Numbered from the stretch's first letter, positions 1 through 9,691 are shown. The stretch: 64,000 bases of DNA from Poseidonia sp. (GCA_030741355.1 JASLVM010000002.1:51932-115931), one strand, 5' to 3'. The notes: generated by a model from the letters alone, not told the origin. Numbers and translations: made by a program.

Positions 1-637
1 GGAGATGAGGGAAGAGTTGCTTGCTGAAATCAAATTTCTCGCCAACAGGAATGTGTTCAAACACCTCCGGTTCAAGGATGTACAAGCCCGCGTTGATCAC
101 GTTGCTGAAAGCCTCTTCTGGAGCGGGTTTTTCCAAAAAACGTTGAATGAATCCTTCCCGGAGACCTCCGTCAACTTCACCCCCCAAAGTCGACGACAAA
201 CCAACAATGCCAAATTCGGATGGATTGTCAACTTCCCACAAAGCCATGGTGACCTTGGCGTCATGACGTCGGTGGGCTTCGAGAAGCGAGGCGATATCAA
301 ACGAAGCCACCGCATCACCGGAACCGACAACACAGGTGGTATGAATCTCATCACGCAGAAGACCAACACTGCCAGCCGTCCCCATGGGTGAAGATTCCTG
401 ATTGATACGAGCCTTCAGTGAATCCGATGATGTTGACCACGAATCAACATGCGATTGAAGTTGCTCGCCTCGATAGCCGGTCGTGACGACGATCTCTTCG
501 ATACCTGCTTCGACCATGGCGTCTTTCACGTAGTCGATAACCGGTCGCCCAAGGACCTCAACCATCGGCTTTGGACGGGTCGCCGTGAGTGGCATCAAAC
601 GTGAGCCTTGACCCCCGGCCATGATGATGCCCAGCAT
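1..637 (-). CDS. Sugar-phosphate nucleotidyltransferase (glucose/mannose-1-phosphate NTP-transferase family); 3' end runs off the window
   Basis: My own minus-strand translation from the ATG at 637 gives MLGIIMAGGQGSRLMPLTATRPKPMVEVLGRPVIDYVKDAMVEAGIEEIVV..., which has the canonical GxGxRL...KPM N-terminal signature. It is absent from the ORF track because there is no stop codon inside the window. It begins 10 nt after the stop of the upstream gene. Confidence 0.8.
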   Translation of the reverse strand, partial: MLGIIMAGGQGSRLMPLTATRPKPMVEVLGRPVIDYVKDAMVEAGIEEIVVTTGYRGEQLQSHVDSWSTSSDSLKARINQESSPMGTAGSVGLLRDEIHTTCVVGSGDAVASFDIASLLEAHRRHDAKVTMALWEVDNPSEFGIVGLSSTLGGEVDGGLREGFIQRFLEKPAPEEAFSNVINAGLYILEPEVFEHIPVGEKFDFSKQLFPHL

Positions 638-646
638 TGCAGGACC

Positions 647-1648
647 TCAGCGTCGTCGAATGGAGCCCATGCGTCGCATGTTCTGCTTCTTGGAGGAACC
701 CGAACTTCGCTTCTTTTTGTTGTCACCGTCGTCCTTGCCAACGCCTCCGAAGACAAGTTCCCCGTCGGAGAGCAGAGACTGAACAAGCATGTCGGCGACT
801 TCATCGGACTCTGCCCCCGTCTTCATCTCAGCCTTCACGGACTTGTTGTGGTCGGTGATCCAAGATTCTCGCTCTTTGCGAGCCATGTTCAACTCGTCGC
901 GAGCCTTGTTGACGTCGACCATCATCTGGTCGATTTTCTCGTGAACACCGTTGGCCTTCTCGTGGAATTCAACGGATTCGTTGTGATGGCGGTCACCTTC
1001 GGCCTTGAGGAAATTTCGGTGGTCAAGACCCTCTTTGTATTCAGCCCACTTTTCGTCGGCTCGCTTGAGCGCCTCAACGAACAAATTGTGAGCATCGTCG
1101 GATTCTGCCTTGAGCGTAGCAATGGCCTCGTCAAGGTTGGAAAGGTCGACGGAAACCATCTCGAATTTCGCCACCTCGGGTTCCAATTCGTCGGCTCGTC
1201 GCTTCATACGCTTGATTTGCTCCATGGTTTCCTTTTCCTTCTTCGTGCTCGACGACGTGGTTTGGAATTTCTCCTCAAGATTGTTGATTTGATTCTTGAG
1301 GTGAGAGTATTCCGCCGTGGCTGATTTCTTTTCGCCATGTTCGCCTCGTCGCCCCTTCACTTGGGAGAAGAGGTCTCGAAGTTGCTGGTTGATGGCGTCT
1401 CGCTTGGCTTTGTGGGCGTTGCGCTCAGCGTGAATGGCATCCAACTCGGCCTTCATGAGGCTGAGCTTTTCTCGATGCTCTTTGTATTGGTCTTGAACAG
1501 CATTGCGTTTTTGGGCCATGGCTTTGCCTTGGTCTCGGAGAGAATTACGTGTTTCTCGTAGCCGACGAACCTTGGCCTCCATGTCCCGCAGTTCTGACAA
1601 CTTGTCAGCATCCGGGCTCTTTTCGGCGTCCTTGGGCATCCCGCGCAT
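647..1648 (-). CDS. Archaeal coiled-coil protein (COG1340-like)
   Basis: ORF 647..1663; position 1663 is a GTG and the first ATG is at 1648. The sequence is a K/E/R/L-rich heptad-like repeat throughout, with a basic C-terminal tail. Its architecture resembles the 8816..9691 protein (LEEKFQTT..KKEKETMEQIKRM versus LEREFEQG..KNERKYFKKMKEL). Confidence 0.6.
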   Translation of the reverse strand: MRGMPKDAEKSPDADKLSELRDMEAKVRRLRETRNSLRDQGKAMAQKRNAVQDQYKEHREKLSLMKAELDAIHAERNAHKAKRDAINQQLRDLFSQVKGRRGEHGEKKSATAEYSHLKNQINNLEEKFQTTSSSTKKEKETMEQIKRMKRRADELEPEVAKFEMVSVDLSNLDEAIATLKAESDDAHNLFVEALKRADEKWAEYKEGLDHRNFLKAEGDRHHNESVEFHEKANGVHEKIDQMMVDVNKARDELNMARKERESWITDHNKSVKAEMKTGAESDEVADMLVQSLLSDGELVFGGVGKDDGDNKKKRSSGSSKKQNMRRMGSIRRR

Positions 1649-1703
1649 GACCTTGTCCACCACCTACACCATTTCAAGGCTGTGGCTGACGAAATTCTTG
1701 GCC

Positions 1704-3275
1704 TTATGAGGTGAATCCACCAAAGAGTTCCAGAAGAAGTAAGATTCCTGCAAAAACCAACCCAAATCCTCCGAAGAGGTAGGCGATGTAGGTGCTGGTG
1801 CTTCTCAACCACTGACGGAACTCAGCGCGAACTCGGACGTTGATTTGTCGACCGAGAAGCAACTCGCCGTTGGTTTCTTCCAGGCGCACGGAGACCGTGG
1901 CATCTCCCGTCGTGGTGGGAATCAGTGTCTGCCATGAAACCGTACTGTCCTTGAGAAGACCTGACATCTTTCCTAAAACATCGTCGTTTCCTTCTGCAGC
2001 GAGTGGGAGAGCTTCAGCAGACCACCAATACTTCTCACCGGGTTCAAGGCGGTAAGTCAACGCCAAATCCTTGGGCTCAAAATTAGGTGTTTGTACACGG
2101 AAGACCACGGTTCTGGTTTTGTCTGAGAGGTTGTGAAAGAGGGTGAAGAGGTTGGCTTTGTCGGTTACGACGTTCTCCATGTCCACTTCAAAGATTAAAT
2201 CCGACATCGCTGGTTTTCGTCCACTCTCAAGATCTTGCTTGAGGCGATCCACCATTCGGAAAAAGGCAGGACAACGCTGGTTGATCAGGCCGAGGAGAAC
2301 GAGCCATGCCTCGAGGGTGAAGGTCTCATGGGAAAACACATGCTCCATTCCTTTCTTAGTCAGAATCTCAGCCATTTCCATCTCCAATGTTTTTCGGTCA
2401 AGACCCGTGGCATGGCGATACAGCGTCATGAGGAATTTCTCGTGGGCAAAATGCCGGTCAATCCCTCGTTTGAAACACCCTTCCAACACCTTCGTGTATT
2501 CGTCATATTGCGAGCGAAGAAGCGGGTCCATGTGCGTTTTGATGAGGTCGCTAAACACCATGTTGAGCGTTGAGGGGTGGACCGGGGGGATGTAGGCGGG
2601 AAGCAAACCCGTCTGTTCGACCATGTTGAATGGCGTCGAACGAGTTGGCAAGTGCTGGCCAAACGAAAGGAGGAGGAACGAGGCTGAAATCAACAAGAAC
2701 AGATTGCCGAAAACACTGCCTGCTCCGTACCAAAAGACACCAATGAGCATCATGGCCGCACAAATAGCGAGGACCAATGACTTGGTATGATGGTTCATTG
2801 ATGTTTGGAGTTGGTACAACAGCCCATCATAGCCGTGCAGAGATTGGACCGAACGATGTTCACTGTTTGAGGCCTCAACGCGCTCGTGGAACGTCGAAAG
2901 AGAGATGCTTACCCGATACCTGTGAAAACTCACCGCAAGAATGTACCCGAGCACGACGACAAAGGAAAGACTGGCCGTGAACGTGGCGAAACCCATCCCC
3001 AGGTTTGGCTCAATGTTTTCCTGCCAAAAGGTGGGGGAGGATTGGGAGAAGGCCCAGGTTGAGAAATACATCAGGGCTCCAAAGGCCGGCAAGAACATGA
3101 TGAGGCGGAGACCTGAACTGATGATTTGTCGGTCGATGGCGTGGACAATGGATTCTGAGAGCCTGAAGCCAAACCGCTCACCGGCCGATGATGAATGGTC
3201 TTCTTCGCCTTCCTCTTGGGAAGGGACATCTTCTGCCATGCTTCGGGATGAATTACTCTGTTCTAAAGGGTTCAC
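1704..3275 (-). CDS. Polytopic membrane protein of unknown function
   Basis: 523-aa ORF with an acidic N-terminus, several hydrophobic helices, a ~220-aa soluble middle region and a C-terminal TM (YIAYLFGGFGLVFAGILLLLELF). The GTG at 3275 overlaps the dtxR-like stop (GTGA). An alternative ATG start is at 3239. Confidence 0.55.
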   Translation of the reverse strand: MNPLEQSNSSRSMAEDVPSQEEGEEDHSSSAGERFGFRLSESIVHAIDRQIISSGLRLIMFLPAFGALMYFSTWAFSQSSPTFWQENIEPNLGMGFATFTASLSFVVVLGYILAVSFHRYRVSISLSTFHERVEASNSEHRSVQSLHGYDGLLYQLQTSMNHHTKSLVLAICAAMMLIGVFWYGAGSVFGNLFLLISASFLLLSFGQHLPTRSTPFNMVEQTGLLPAYIPPVHPSTLNMVFSDLIKTHMDPLLRSQYDEYTKVLEGCFKRGIDRHFAHEKFLMTLYRHATGLDRKTLEMEMAEILTKKGMEHVFSHETFTLEAWLVLLGLINQRCPAFFRMVDRLKQDLESGRKPAMSDLIFEVDMENVVTDKANLFTLFHNLSDKTRTVVFRVQTPNFEPKDLALTYRLEPGEKYWWSAEALPLAAEGNDDVLGKMSGLLKDSTVSWQTLIPTTTGDATVSVRLEETNGELLLGRQINVRVRAEFRQWLRSTSTYIAYLFGGFGLVFAGILLLLELFGGFTS

Positions 3276-3940
3276 ACAATATCGTTCGAGATATCAACAA
3301 AAACACCCTTCATCCAGGTTTCCGACAGTTGAGCCGTTTGACCGTTGGCTGAGAACGAATCTTCCCCGGTCCGTACGATTTGGGCCCCGACGCCAAATCC
3401 ACCCTGTTCCATGGCGGAGGTTTCCTCGACCGGCATGAACATGGCAACAACGGTCGCCGGTCTGTTCTCCTCGAGGTTGAGCAATGAAATCAACGAGGAA
3501 CGGGTGGACAATCTGGCTGCGATGTCGGGTGTTGGTTCCGGTATTTCTCGCCCACTCGGGTCTTTGGTATCGACCGTGATGAGGCGAGAAAGCGCGACTT
3601 CCATGTCATCGTCGATGGCATGCTCAAGTCGGCAGGCCGTTTCGTGATCATTACCCTCGTAGGGCAATATCGAGAGGAGAACTTCGGCCAAGCGGTGCCT
3701 TCGCTTCATCTTCTGTCCGTGGCTAAGTCCGACTTCGGTTAGGCGGGCCCCTTTGTAGGGAATGTATTCGAGGTAGCCTCGTGTAGCGAGGCGCTGGACC
3801 ATTTCCGTCGCAGATGCAGGACTGACGTCAAGTTTCGATGCAAGGTCCCCCGTACGTACGATGCCCCCGGGTTCTGCTTCGTGAAATTCATACATCATCT
3901 CGAGATATTCATCCTCAAACTCCTGAAAATGCCCAACCAT
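3272..3940 (-). CDS. DtxR/MntR/IdeR-family metal-dependent transcriptional repressor with a C-terminal FeoA/SH3-like domain
   Basis: The 222-aa product has a wHTH (DLASKLDVSPASATEMVQRLATRGYLEY), the segment GQKMKRRHRLAEVLL, the metal-site region CRLEHAIDD, and a C-terminal FeoA-like segment. Confidence 0.8.
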   Translation of the reverse strand: MVGHFQEFEDEYLEMMYEFHEAEPGGIVRTGDLASKLDVSPASATEMVQRLATRGYLEYIPYKGARLTEVGLSHGQKMKRRHRLAEVLLSILPYEGNDHETACRLEHAIDDDMEVALSRLITVDTKDPSGREIPEPTPDIAARLSTRSSLISLLNLEENRPATVVAMFMPVEETSAMEQGGFGVGAQIVRTGEDSFSANGQTAQLSETWMKGVFVDISNDIV

Positions 3941-3951
3941 CAGAAATCCCT

Positions 3952-6477
3952 CTACGTTGTCTGCTTACCTTCGTGTGCTTTGAATATTTTCGTGCAGGCT
4001 GGACACCTGACAGAACCCTCGTACGAGGAAGGAATACGGAGAGTTTGCGCACAATCTGGACATGAAATCTCAATCTTTTCACTGACCGGGGCTTTTGAAA
4101 CCGGTTGAACTTCGATGTCGAGGTCGTCGTTCTCTTCCTCGGCTGGTTCTTCGGTTCGTTCGGGTTCAACCTTGAATTTATGAGCGCAATCGGGGCACCC
4201 TACCGAACCTCCATAGTCAACAGGGACCCGAAGTCTTCGATTGCATTCGGGACAAGAGACTTCTCGCTTTTCTTGTGATGTTGAGAGAGGTTTTGGCGCC
4301 GCTTTCTCCTTGGTTGATTTTCCAGAGGGTTTCGTGTCTGATTCATCTTCTTTGCGGGCACGGATACGAAGCACAAGGGCCACGCCAGCACCCAAAGCGA
4401 GTCCCCAAAACATTGCCCCTATCGGCCATTCCTCGGAAGATTCAATCACAACCTCGCCCGAAACATAGGTGGTTTCAGCTGAAAGGACGGCGCCATCAAC
4501 ATGCCATAGCGCTTGTATGGCCACGCTACTGCCCTTTGGCCAAACGACCACCACGTCCAATGTTGCGGTCGATGCACCGTTCCAATCAGGAGAAGCGACC
4601 TTGGCAAGCCGCGTGCCGTAGGCGTCCATAAGCCAAACCTCGCCTTCCGCCTCTTGGAGAGGTCCAGTCTGTTGGAAGGTCAACCGAACGGTCGTTTCAT
4701 CACCCTCAATCGGCCGAATGGGGTCGGTCGTGGCAGAAAACTCCATCCAAAATTGGGTGTCATCGCTGGGAAGAGAGGACGTAGCAGCGAGAGGACCCGG
4801 TCCAATCAACCAGTCGAGAGGAGCGACTTGGGCGACGAGTTTGTCGGCCTCAAAATCACCAAACAAGAAGGTCAGTTCAAGTCGACCTTGCTGGAGTCGG
4901 AGATTATTTTCTTGCAGGAAGACCGTTGAGCCACCCGATTCATATCCCACTTGGAGACGAACGTCTCGCTCTTTGCCCTCGTCAAGGTCAAGATGAAGGG
5001 TCAGTGAAAGTTCAGCATCTTCGGTACGGTTTACGTCGACAAACGCGATTTGAACGGATTGTTGTTGCTTGATGACAAAGGAGGTGGAGCCGTTATCAAT
5101 GCCGTCGAAGACACCGTCGTCGCTCTCAAGTGTCCAAGTCAAGGAGGTTTCACCCGATACAAGAAATTGCAGAGAAGCAGTGATCTCGCCGGCCGCACCT
5201 TGGGCCATTTCAACCCACTCACCTTCCGAGGTGGATGTGCTGGTCGACAAGACAAGCCGAACGCGCCCATCGAGTTCTCCGATGTTGCGCAGTAACAGGT
5301 TGGCTTCGACGCTGTCCCCTTTGTGCCACGGCCCCCCGCTGTAGGATGGAGTGGTCGCCCCGGCGGATTGGAAGACAGCGGAGGGCATTTCTATGTTCAA
5401 CTGAAGAGGGGTGGAAGAGGCCTCGCTCACACGACCTTCGGAAGCATCGCATTGAATGACAAACGGTTTTGCCGAGAGCGTAAAAGACCACGTTGAATTG
5501 CTGCCAGCCTCAAGAAGAAGGGAGGATGTGTTGAACGCTTCATCGCCGTCCGCACTGCAGACGATGGAACCCGCAAAAGAAACCGAACCGTTGTTCCACA
5601 TCGAAACTGAAATCGTCAGCGTGCCTCCTGCTTGTACCTCATCTGCATTGGATTCGATAAAACCATCCAGCACAGGAAGGGGAGGGGGGCCAACATCCCA
5701 CGAACCGTCCAGGTAGTGCGTCCCGTCTTCGCTCATCGTGGTGTTGGTGAGACTGATACTCCAACCCAACACGCCTTCGGTCAACACCATGGTGGGCGTG
5801 AACGTGATGGCCTGAGAAGTGGATCCTTCAATGGACAAATTATCGAGAACGACCGTTTCGTTCAATCCATGATTGGTGAGGTGAAGTTCAACCGCTCCCG
5901 TCCAGTTGACATCGCCGTTGTTGATGATAGGGAACGCCACCTCAACCCGGTCCCCGTCGTGTAAAGTGGTGTTTCCGGTGGATTGGCCAACGGCGTCAAC
6001 AGGATTGGCCAGCACACTCGATGCTCCGCCAAGGGTGATCGCCAGCGGACGAAGCCGTTGGACGGTTCGAGTCAGGATGGACTGATGTGTGCTGGTGTTG
6101 GAGCCAACATCACCGTCCAAGACAAGCGAGACCGTGCTGAACCCAAAGGGAAGGCCCATGAAGGTCCCCGACACGTTTCGCTGTTCAAAGGCCAGGAATT
6201 CATTCAAGCCAAGACTGGAATTTGAGAGCAGGCTGCCCTCAAGAGTCTCAACCAACAAGGAGAGGGTGGCGTTTGATGCCCCTCCACTCTGTTCATGAAT
6301 TTCCACTGTAAAGGAAAGGTTCTCTCCCTCAAACGAGGCATAGTCGGCGATGCTGAACGACGCCTCCTCGAGGAGAACTTCTCCTGCTTGGGCTTGAACC
6401 CCAGGAAAGAGAGAGAATACAAAGAGCATCACAAGGAGGAAAGTGACGCCCCGCTGTGAACGGCGTTCGCCCTCCAT
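3952..6477 (-). CDS. Type-I surface protein with a cytoplasmic tail carrying two zinc ribbons
   Basis: The most plausible start is the ATG at 6477, which gives MEGERRSQRGVTFLLVMLFVFSLFPGVQAQA (a signal peptide). This is followed by a ~650-aa S/T/N-rich ectodomain, a TM (GAMFWGLALGAGVALVL), and then CPECNRRLRVP..CPDCAHKF and CPDCAQTLRIP..CPACTKIF. Confidence 0.65.
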   Translation of the reverse strand: MEGERRSQRGVTFLLVMLFVFSLFPGVQAQAGEVLLEEASFSIADYASFEGENLSFTVEIHEQSGGASNATLSLLVETLEGSLLSNSSLGLNEFLAFEQRNVSGTFMGLPFGFSTVSLVLDGDVGSNTSTHQSILTRTVQRLRPLAITLGGASSVLANPVDAVGQSTGNTTLHDGDRVEVAFPIINNGDVNWTGAVELHLTNHGLNETVVLDNLSIEGSTSQAITFTPTMVLTEGVLGWSISLTNTTMSEDGTHYLDGSWDVGPPPLPVLDGFIESNADEVQAGGTLTISVSMWNNGSVSFAGSIVCSADGDEAFNTSSLLLEAGSNSTWSFTLSAKPFVIQCDASEGRVSEASSTPLQLNIEMPSAVFQSAGATTPSYSGGPWHKGDSVEANLLLRNIGELDGRVRLVLSTSTSTSEGEWVEMAQGAAGEITASLQFLVSGETSLTWTLESDDGVFDGIDNGSTSFVIKQQQSVQIAFVDVNRTEDAELSLTLHLDLDEGKERDVRLQVGYESGGSTVFLQENNLRLQQGRLELTFLFGDFEADKLVAQVAPLDWLIGPGPLAATSSLPSDDTQFWMEFSATTDPIRPIEGDETTVRLTFQQTGPLQEAEGEVWLMDAYGTRLAKVASPDWNGASTATLDVVVVWPKGSSVAIQALWHVDGAVLSAETTYVSGEVVIESSEEWPIGAMFWGLALGAGVALVLRIRARKEDESDTKPSGKSTKEKAAPKPLSTSQEKREVSCPECNRRLRVPVDYGGSVGCPDCAHKFKVEPERTEEPAEEENDDLDIEVQPVSKAPVSEKIEISCPDCAQTLRIPSSYEGSVRCPACTKIFKAHEGKQTT

Positions 6478-6640
6478 GGTAAGGCGTGAATCCCGTGGTT
6501 CTTCACCTTCGCGGCGAAAGAAAGCGGAAGCGGTTGTTTCTTTTACATTGAACCAACCCCCAAAATCCATGCAGGCACGGGAGTTGTTGTCCGTTTTACC
6601 TGCAGACCTCATCAAGTCCATACTGGTACGTCGACAAAAG

Positions 6641-7018
6641 ATGGCAGACCAACTCCCAAAAGAATTGAAGTCGCGCCAAGAAGAAAACAACCGCGCCTTC
6701 CAACTTGCCAAAGCTTCACGAGAGGAGCTTCAAGCCATCCAAGACACGGATGAAGCCTCAGCAAGCCACGAGGAACGTCTTCTCCAGGCCCAACAAATCT
6801 ACGACGAGCATGAACAATTTCGCCGACGAACTTCATCACGCCTCCAGACCATCAAAAACAACATCCAGGACTGCCAAGAAGCCATCGATTTTTGGGAGAA
6901 GTTAGCCGACGGCGGCTGGGGCCACCTCCTTGAAGATGCAGAACGTGTTCGGTCTGGCGGAGCCTCAAGTTATGCAGAAGCGAAGCGGCATACAGCAGAC
7001 AAAGAGGGTGAGTCATGA
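6641..7018 (+). CDS. Small coiled-coil protein
   Basis: The ATG at 6641 gives MADQLPKELKSRQEENNRAF.... The longer ORF starting at 6443 overlaps the divergent gene and looks non-coding. The stop overlaps the next start (ATGA at 7015). Confidence 0.45.
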   Translation: MADQLPKELKSRQEENNRAFQLAKASREELQAIQDTDEASASHEERLLQAQQIYDEHEQFRRRTSSRLQTIKNNIQDCQEAIDFWEKLADGGWGHLLEDAERVRSGGASSYAEAKRHTADKEGES

Positions 7019-7872
7019 CTTCAAAATCCTCTTCTCTGTTTGCAGATTTGCGGCAAAAGGAGACATCGGAAATTGAAGCGATGTACGAAACGGCATTGGC
7101 CCAACTTTCAACCACGGAAAACCAACTTCTTGACTTGTACAGGAAAAAGAAGATTCATTCAGAAACCATCAAATTCGCTGTAAGCAAAACAACACAAATA
7201 CCGAACATGAAGGGACAAACAGAAGATGCACTCGTTGAACTGGCCATTGAGCAAAAAGAAGACTTTGACCTCCACCTTGCTCGACGGGACGCTCTGGTCG
7301 AACGATTGCTCGTCCCCCGTCATCGCGTCGTTCATGCCATGGGAGAATTCCATGAGAAATTGACCACCCCGCTAAACCCGACTGAATCCATCAGTTTGGC
7401 GACCGAGATGGAACACTTTGCTCGCTTCTTTGAACTTCAAGCCATGCTTCAAATCTACAGCGAGGAACAGGATGTTCAAACCTCACTCCATCGGGCCAGA
7501 AGCAATCTTCTCGAGACCATCAAAGCCGTGAACAAGAACGACCGAAGGCTCGCTCAACTCATCAACCAACATCGGTCAAACGCCAAAAAACAGCGAACAG
7601 AGGCCGGGCGTCTCAAAGCCTATCTCGAAAAGATCAACGCTTCACCCGTCATTCCGGTACCGGAACCAAGTCCAGAGGTCAACGAGCGATTGCTGGCAGG
7701 CCAAGCGCTCACCATGGAAGAATTTGCATCCATGCTTGAACACGGTGGATTGACCGAACTTGATTCCAAGAAGGTACCCTCAAACAAGCCGAAGCAACGC
7801 AATAAGAAGTCCAACCGAGGAACAAAGCCTCGTCGTAGCCAACGGCAGACTCCATCACGAAAGCGAGATTGA
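7015..7872 (+). CDS. Coiled-coil protein with a highly basic C-terminal tail
   Basis: The 285-aa product is heptad-rich and ends in KPKQRNKKSNRGTKPRRSQRQTPSRKRD. It is translationally coupled to the upstream gene. Confidence 0.55.
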   Translation: MTSKSSSLFADLRQKETSEIEAMYETALAQLSTTENQLLDLYRKKKIHSETIKFAVSKTTQIPNMKGQTEDALVELAIEQKEDFDLHLARRDALVERLLVPRHRVVHAMGEFHEKLTTPLNPTESISLATEMEHFARFFELQAMLQIYSEEQDVQTSLHRARSNLLETIKAVNKNDRRLAQLINQHRSNAKKQRTEAGRLKAYLEKINASPVIPVPEPSPEVNERLLAGQALTMEEFASMLEHGGLTELDSKKVPSNKPKQRNKKSNRGTKPRRSQRQTPSRKRD

Positions 7873-7877
7873 TCGGT

Positions 7878-8366
7878 ATGCCGAGAATGGCTTGGATACC
7901 CGGACAACGCCCGTTGGATTTTCCAGAAGCCGCTGTGCAAGACGTCATCAGGCTCTTTCAACAAGAAACCGGCGAGGTTTATGCTGAAGCCTCTGTGCGA
8001 CATCTGCCCATCCCCGTATGGGATGCAAACCTTTTGCTGGTCGACCTCGAAGAAGCCCTTCCTTACACCGTGCAAGGCGTTCTCTGGGCCACACCGTTCA
8101 AAGATGATATTGTGCGGGTCGCTGCCTTTGTCCTCTTTTCGGAACATCAAGGGAAGGCATTGGGTTCGGAAGCCTGGGACAGGTTCGTCGACGAAGCCTG
8201 GGCCAAAGGTTTCCGGCATGTCCAACTTGAAGTCAAGGCCGAAAATGTGGATGCGCAACGATTCTACATGCGTCGAGGATTAACGGTTCAACGAGAATTG
8301 GAAGGCTATTACAAATCGGGATTGGGGTACATGATGCGTGGCCCCCTCAGCCCTCCACAGGATTGA
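7878..8366 (+). CDS. GNAT-family N-acetyltransferase
   Basis: It contains an acetyl-CoA motif-A-like region (VLFSEHQGKALGSEAWDRFVDEAWAKGFRHVQLEV...NVDAQRFYMRRGL). The track start at 7869 is a TTG; the first ATG is at 7878. Confidence 0.7.
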   Translation: MPRMAWIPGQRPLDFPEAAVQDVIRLFQQETGEVYAEASVRHLPIPVWDANLLLVDLEEALPYTVQGVLWATPFKDDIVRVAAFVLFSEHQGKALGSEAWDRFVDEAWAKGFRHVQLEVKAENVDAQRFYMRRGLTVQRELEGYYKSGLGYMMRGPLSPPQD

Positions 8367-8400
8367 GAAGGATTATTCACCTTGGTTACCAGTTGAGTTC

Positions 8401-8706
8401 ATGATTGAAGGTGTACTTCGAGGTTTGACCGACCTTGAAGGCGTTCGGGTCGTGCTTCTTGTTGAACAGGATGGCTTTGTGGTCCATGCTCAACCCACAC
8501 CCTATGGCATCGATTCGTCGGTGATTGAATCGTGGAATAGCTTGGCCAAAAAAGCACCAAGTGATGCCCTCTCAACCGTGGTCATGGAAGGGGGATACCT
8601 CGTGCTCAAACCCATGCAACAACGGGTTCTCATGACGGTATGTGAGCGCTCATGCAACCTCGGAAACGTGCGCAGGGCCTTGCAAAATCTCGAGTGGCCA
8701 TCGTGA
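8401..8706 (+). CDS. Roadblock/LC7 (MglB-like) domain protein
   Basis: MIEGVLRGLTDLEGVRVVLLVEQDGFVVHAQ...VVMEGGYLVLKPM...CNLGNVRRAL fits the Roadblock pattern and length (~100 aa). The track start at 8338 is a GTG. Confidence 0.6.
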   Translation: MIEGVLRGLTDLEGVRVVLLVEQDGFVVHAQPTPYGIDSSVIESWNSLAKKAPSDALSTVVMEGGYLVLKPMQQRVLMTVCERSCNLGNVRRALQNLEWPS

Positions 8707-8815
8707 TGCCCGAGAGGAAAGGGCGCAAGACCCGCCCGTGAAGGATTAAATGGGGGTGGTTGGTCGCCAACTTGCGGGAGGGTGGGAATCCTCCCCAGAC
8801 CAGGTGAGATGAAGA

Positions 8816-9691
8816 ATGGCAGAACTCAAAGATCTTCTTGACGAGCGACGAAAAATGGTTGACAAAAAGGCAACGCAACATCGCGAAGTACGAGACGATT
8901 GGAATGAGAAAACCAAGACCTTTACCTCCACACGAAACGAACTCAACAACGAAGTTCGTGAACTCATTGTTCAGGTTCGTGAACAACGTGATTTGCGCGA
9001 CCAAATGAACGAAATGGTCCGAGAGAAGAAAAAAGAGCGAGAAGAGGCCAACAAGTCTGTTCGAGATGCCAAAGATGCCATGCGTGACGGTCAACCCGAA
9101 CAACCGCAACAATTTGACCGCCGTGGCCGACCCATTCGTCCAGACACCGTCCAATCCCTGACTCGAACCATGGAACGCCTTGAGCGGGAATTCGAGCAAG
9201 GAAAGCACCAAGGTAAGAATGAGCGTAAATACTTCAAGAAAATGAAGGAATTGAACGCCAAGCGAAAGGCCCTCAAAGCGGCTCAAGTCGCTACTGAAAG
9301 CGCCGAAGGAAACACCGAGCTCCGTGAGGCCATGGCCCTTCAAGAAGCCGCACACAACGCCGTCAAAGAAGCCGCTGAAGCAGCACAAAGCGCTCACGAC
9401 AACATGCTTCAATGGAACGCAGAAGTCGACCGTCAACGGGAGAAGGCCGAGGCGGCCCACAGGAAGCTTCGAACTTCGAAGAAAGAGGCGGACAAAGAAC
9501 ACAGTTTGTACATCGTTTCCCTCCGATGTTTGCATTCCATCCAAGATATTCTTCGTGCCATGCGAGGCGCAAGTGCAGGCCAAGGTCAGCGCCCAGCAGC
9601 GAGCGACGAAACGCAGGATTTGATGGCCAAGTTGCTTGCTGGTGAAACACTTTCCACCGAGGAATTGATGCAACTCCAGCGTTTTGACTGA
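8816..9691 (+). CDS. Archaeal coiled-coil protein (COG1340-like)
   Basis: The 291-aa product begins MAELKDLLDERRKMVDKKATQHREVRDDWNEKTK... and is a long charged coiled coil. It appears to be a paralogue of 647..1648. Confidence 0.6.
   Translation: MAELKDLLDERRKMVDKKATQHREVRDDWNEKTKTFTSTRNELNNEVRELIVQVREQRDLRDQMNEMVREKKKEREEANKSVRDAKDAMRDGQPEQPQQFDRRGRPIRPDTVQSLTRTMERLEREFEQGKHQGKNERKYFKKMKELNAKRKALKAAQVATESAEGNTELREAMALQEAAHNAVKEAAEAAQSAHDNMLQWNAEVDRQREKAEAAHRKLRTSKKEADKEHSLYIVSLRCLHSIQDILRAMRGASAGQGQRPAASDETQDLMAKLLAGETLSTEELMQLQRFD

Noticed and set aside
5-391. 128-aa ORF on the + strand at the window start
   Set aside because: It is antisense to the NTP-transferase gene, whose GGQGSRL...KPM signature is clear on the minus strand.
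6478-6711. N-terminal 78-aa extension of the 919-aa ORF, and the 6443 start of the + strand ORF
   Set aside because: The extension precedes a textbook signal peptide that begins at the ATG at 6477, and it overlaps the divergent ORF. The two long versions cannot both be real, so the shorter starts at 6477 and 6641 are preferred.
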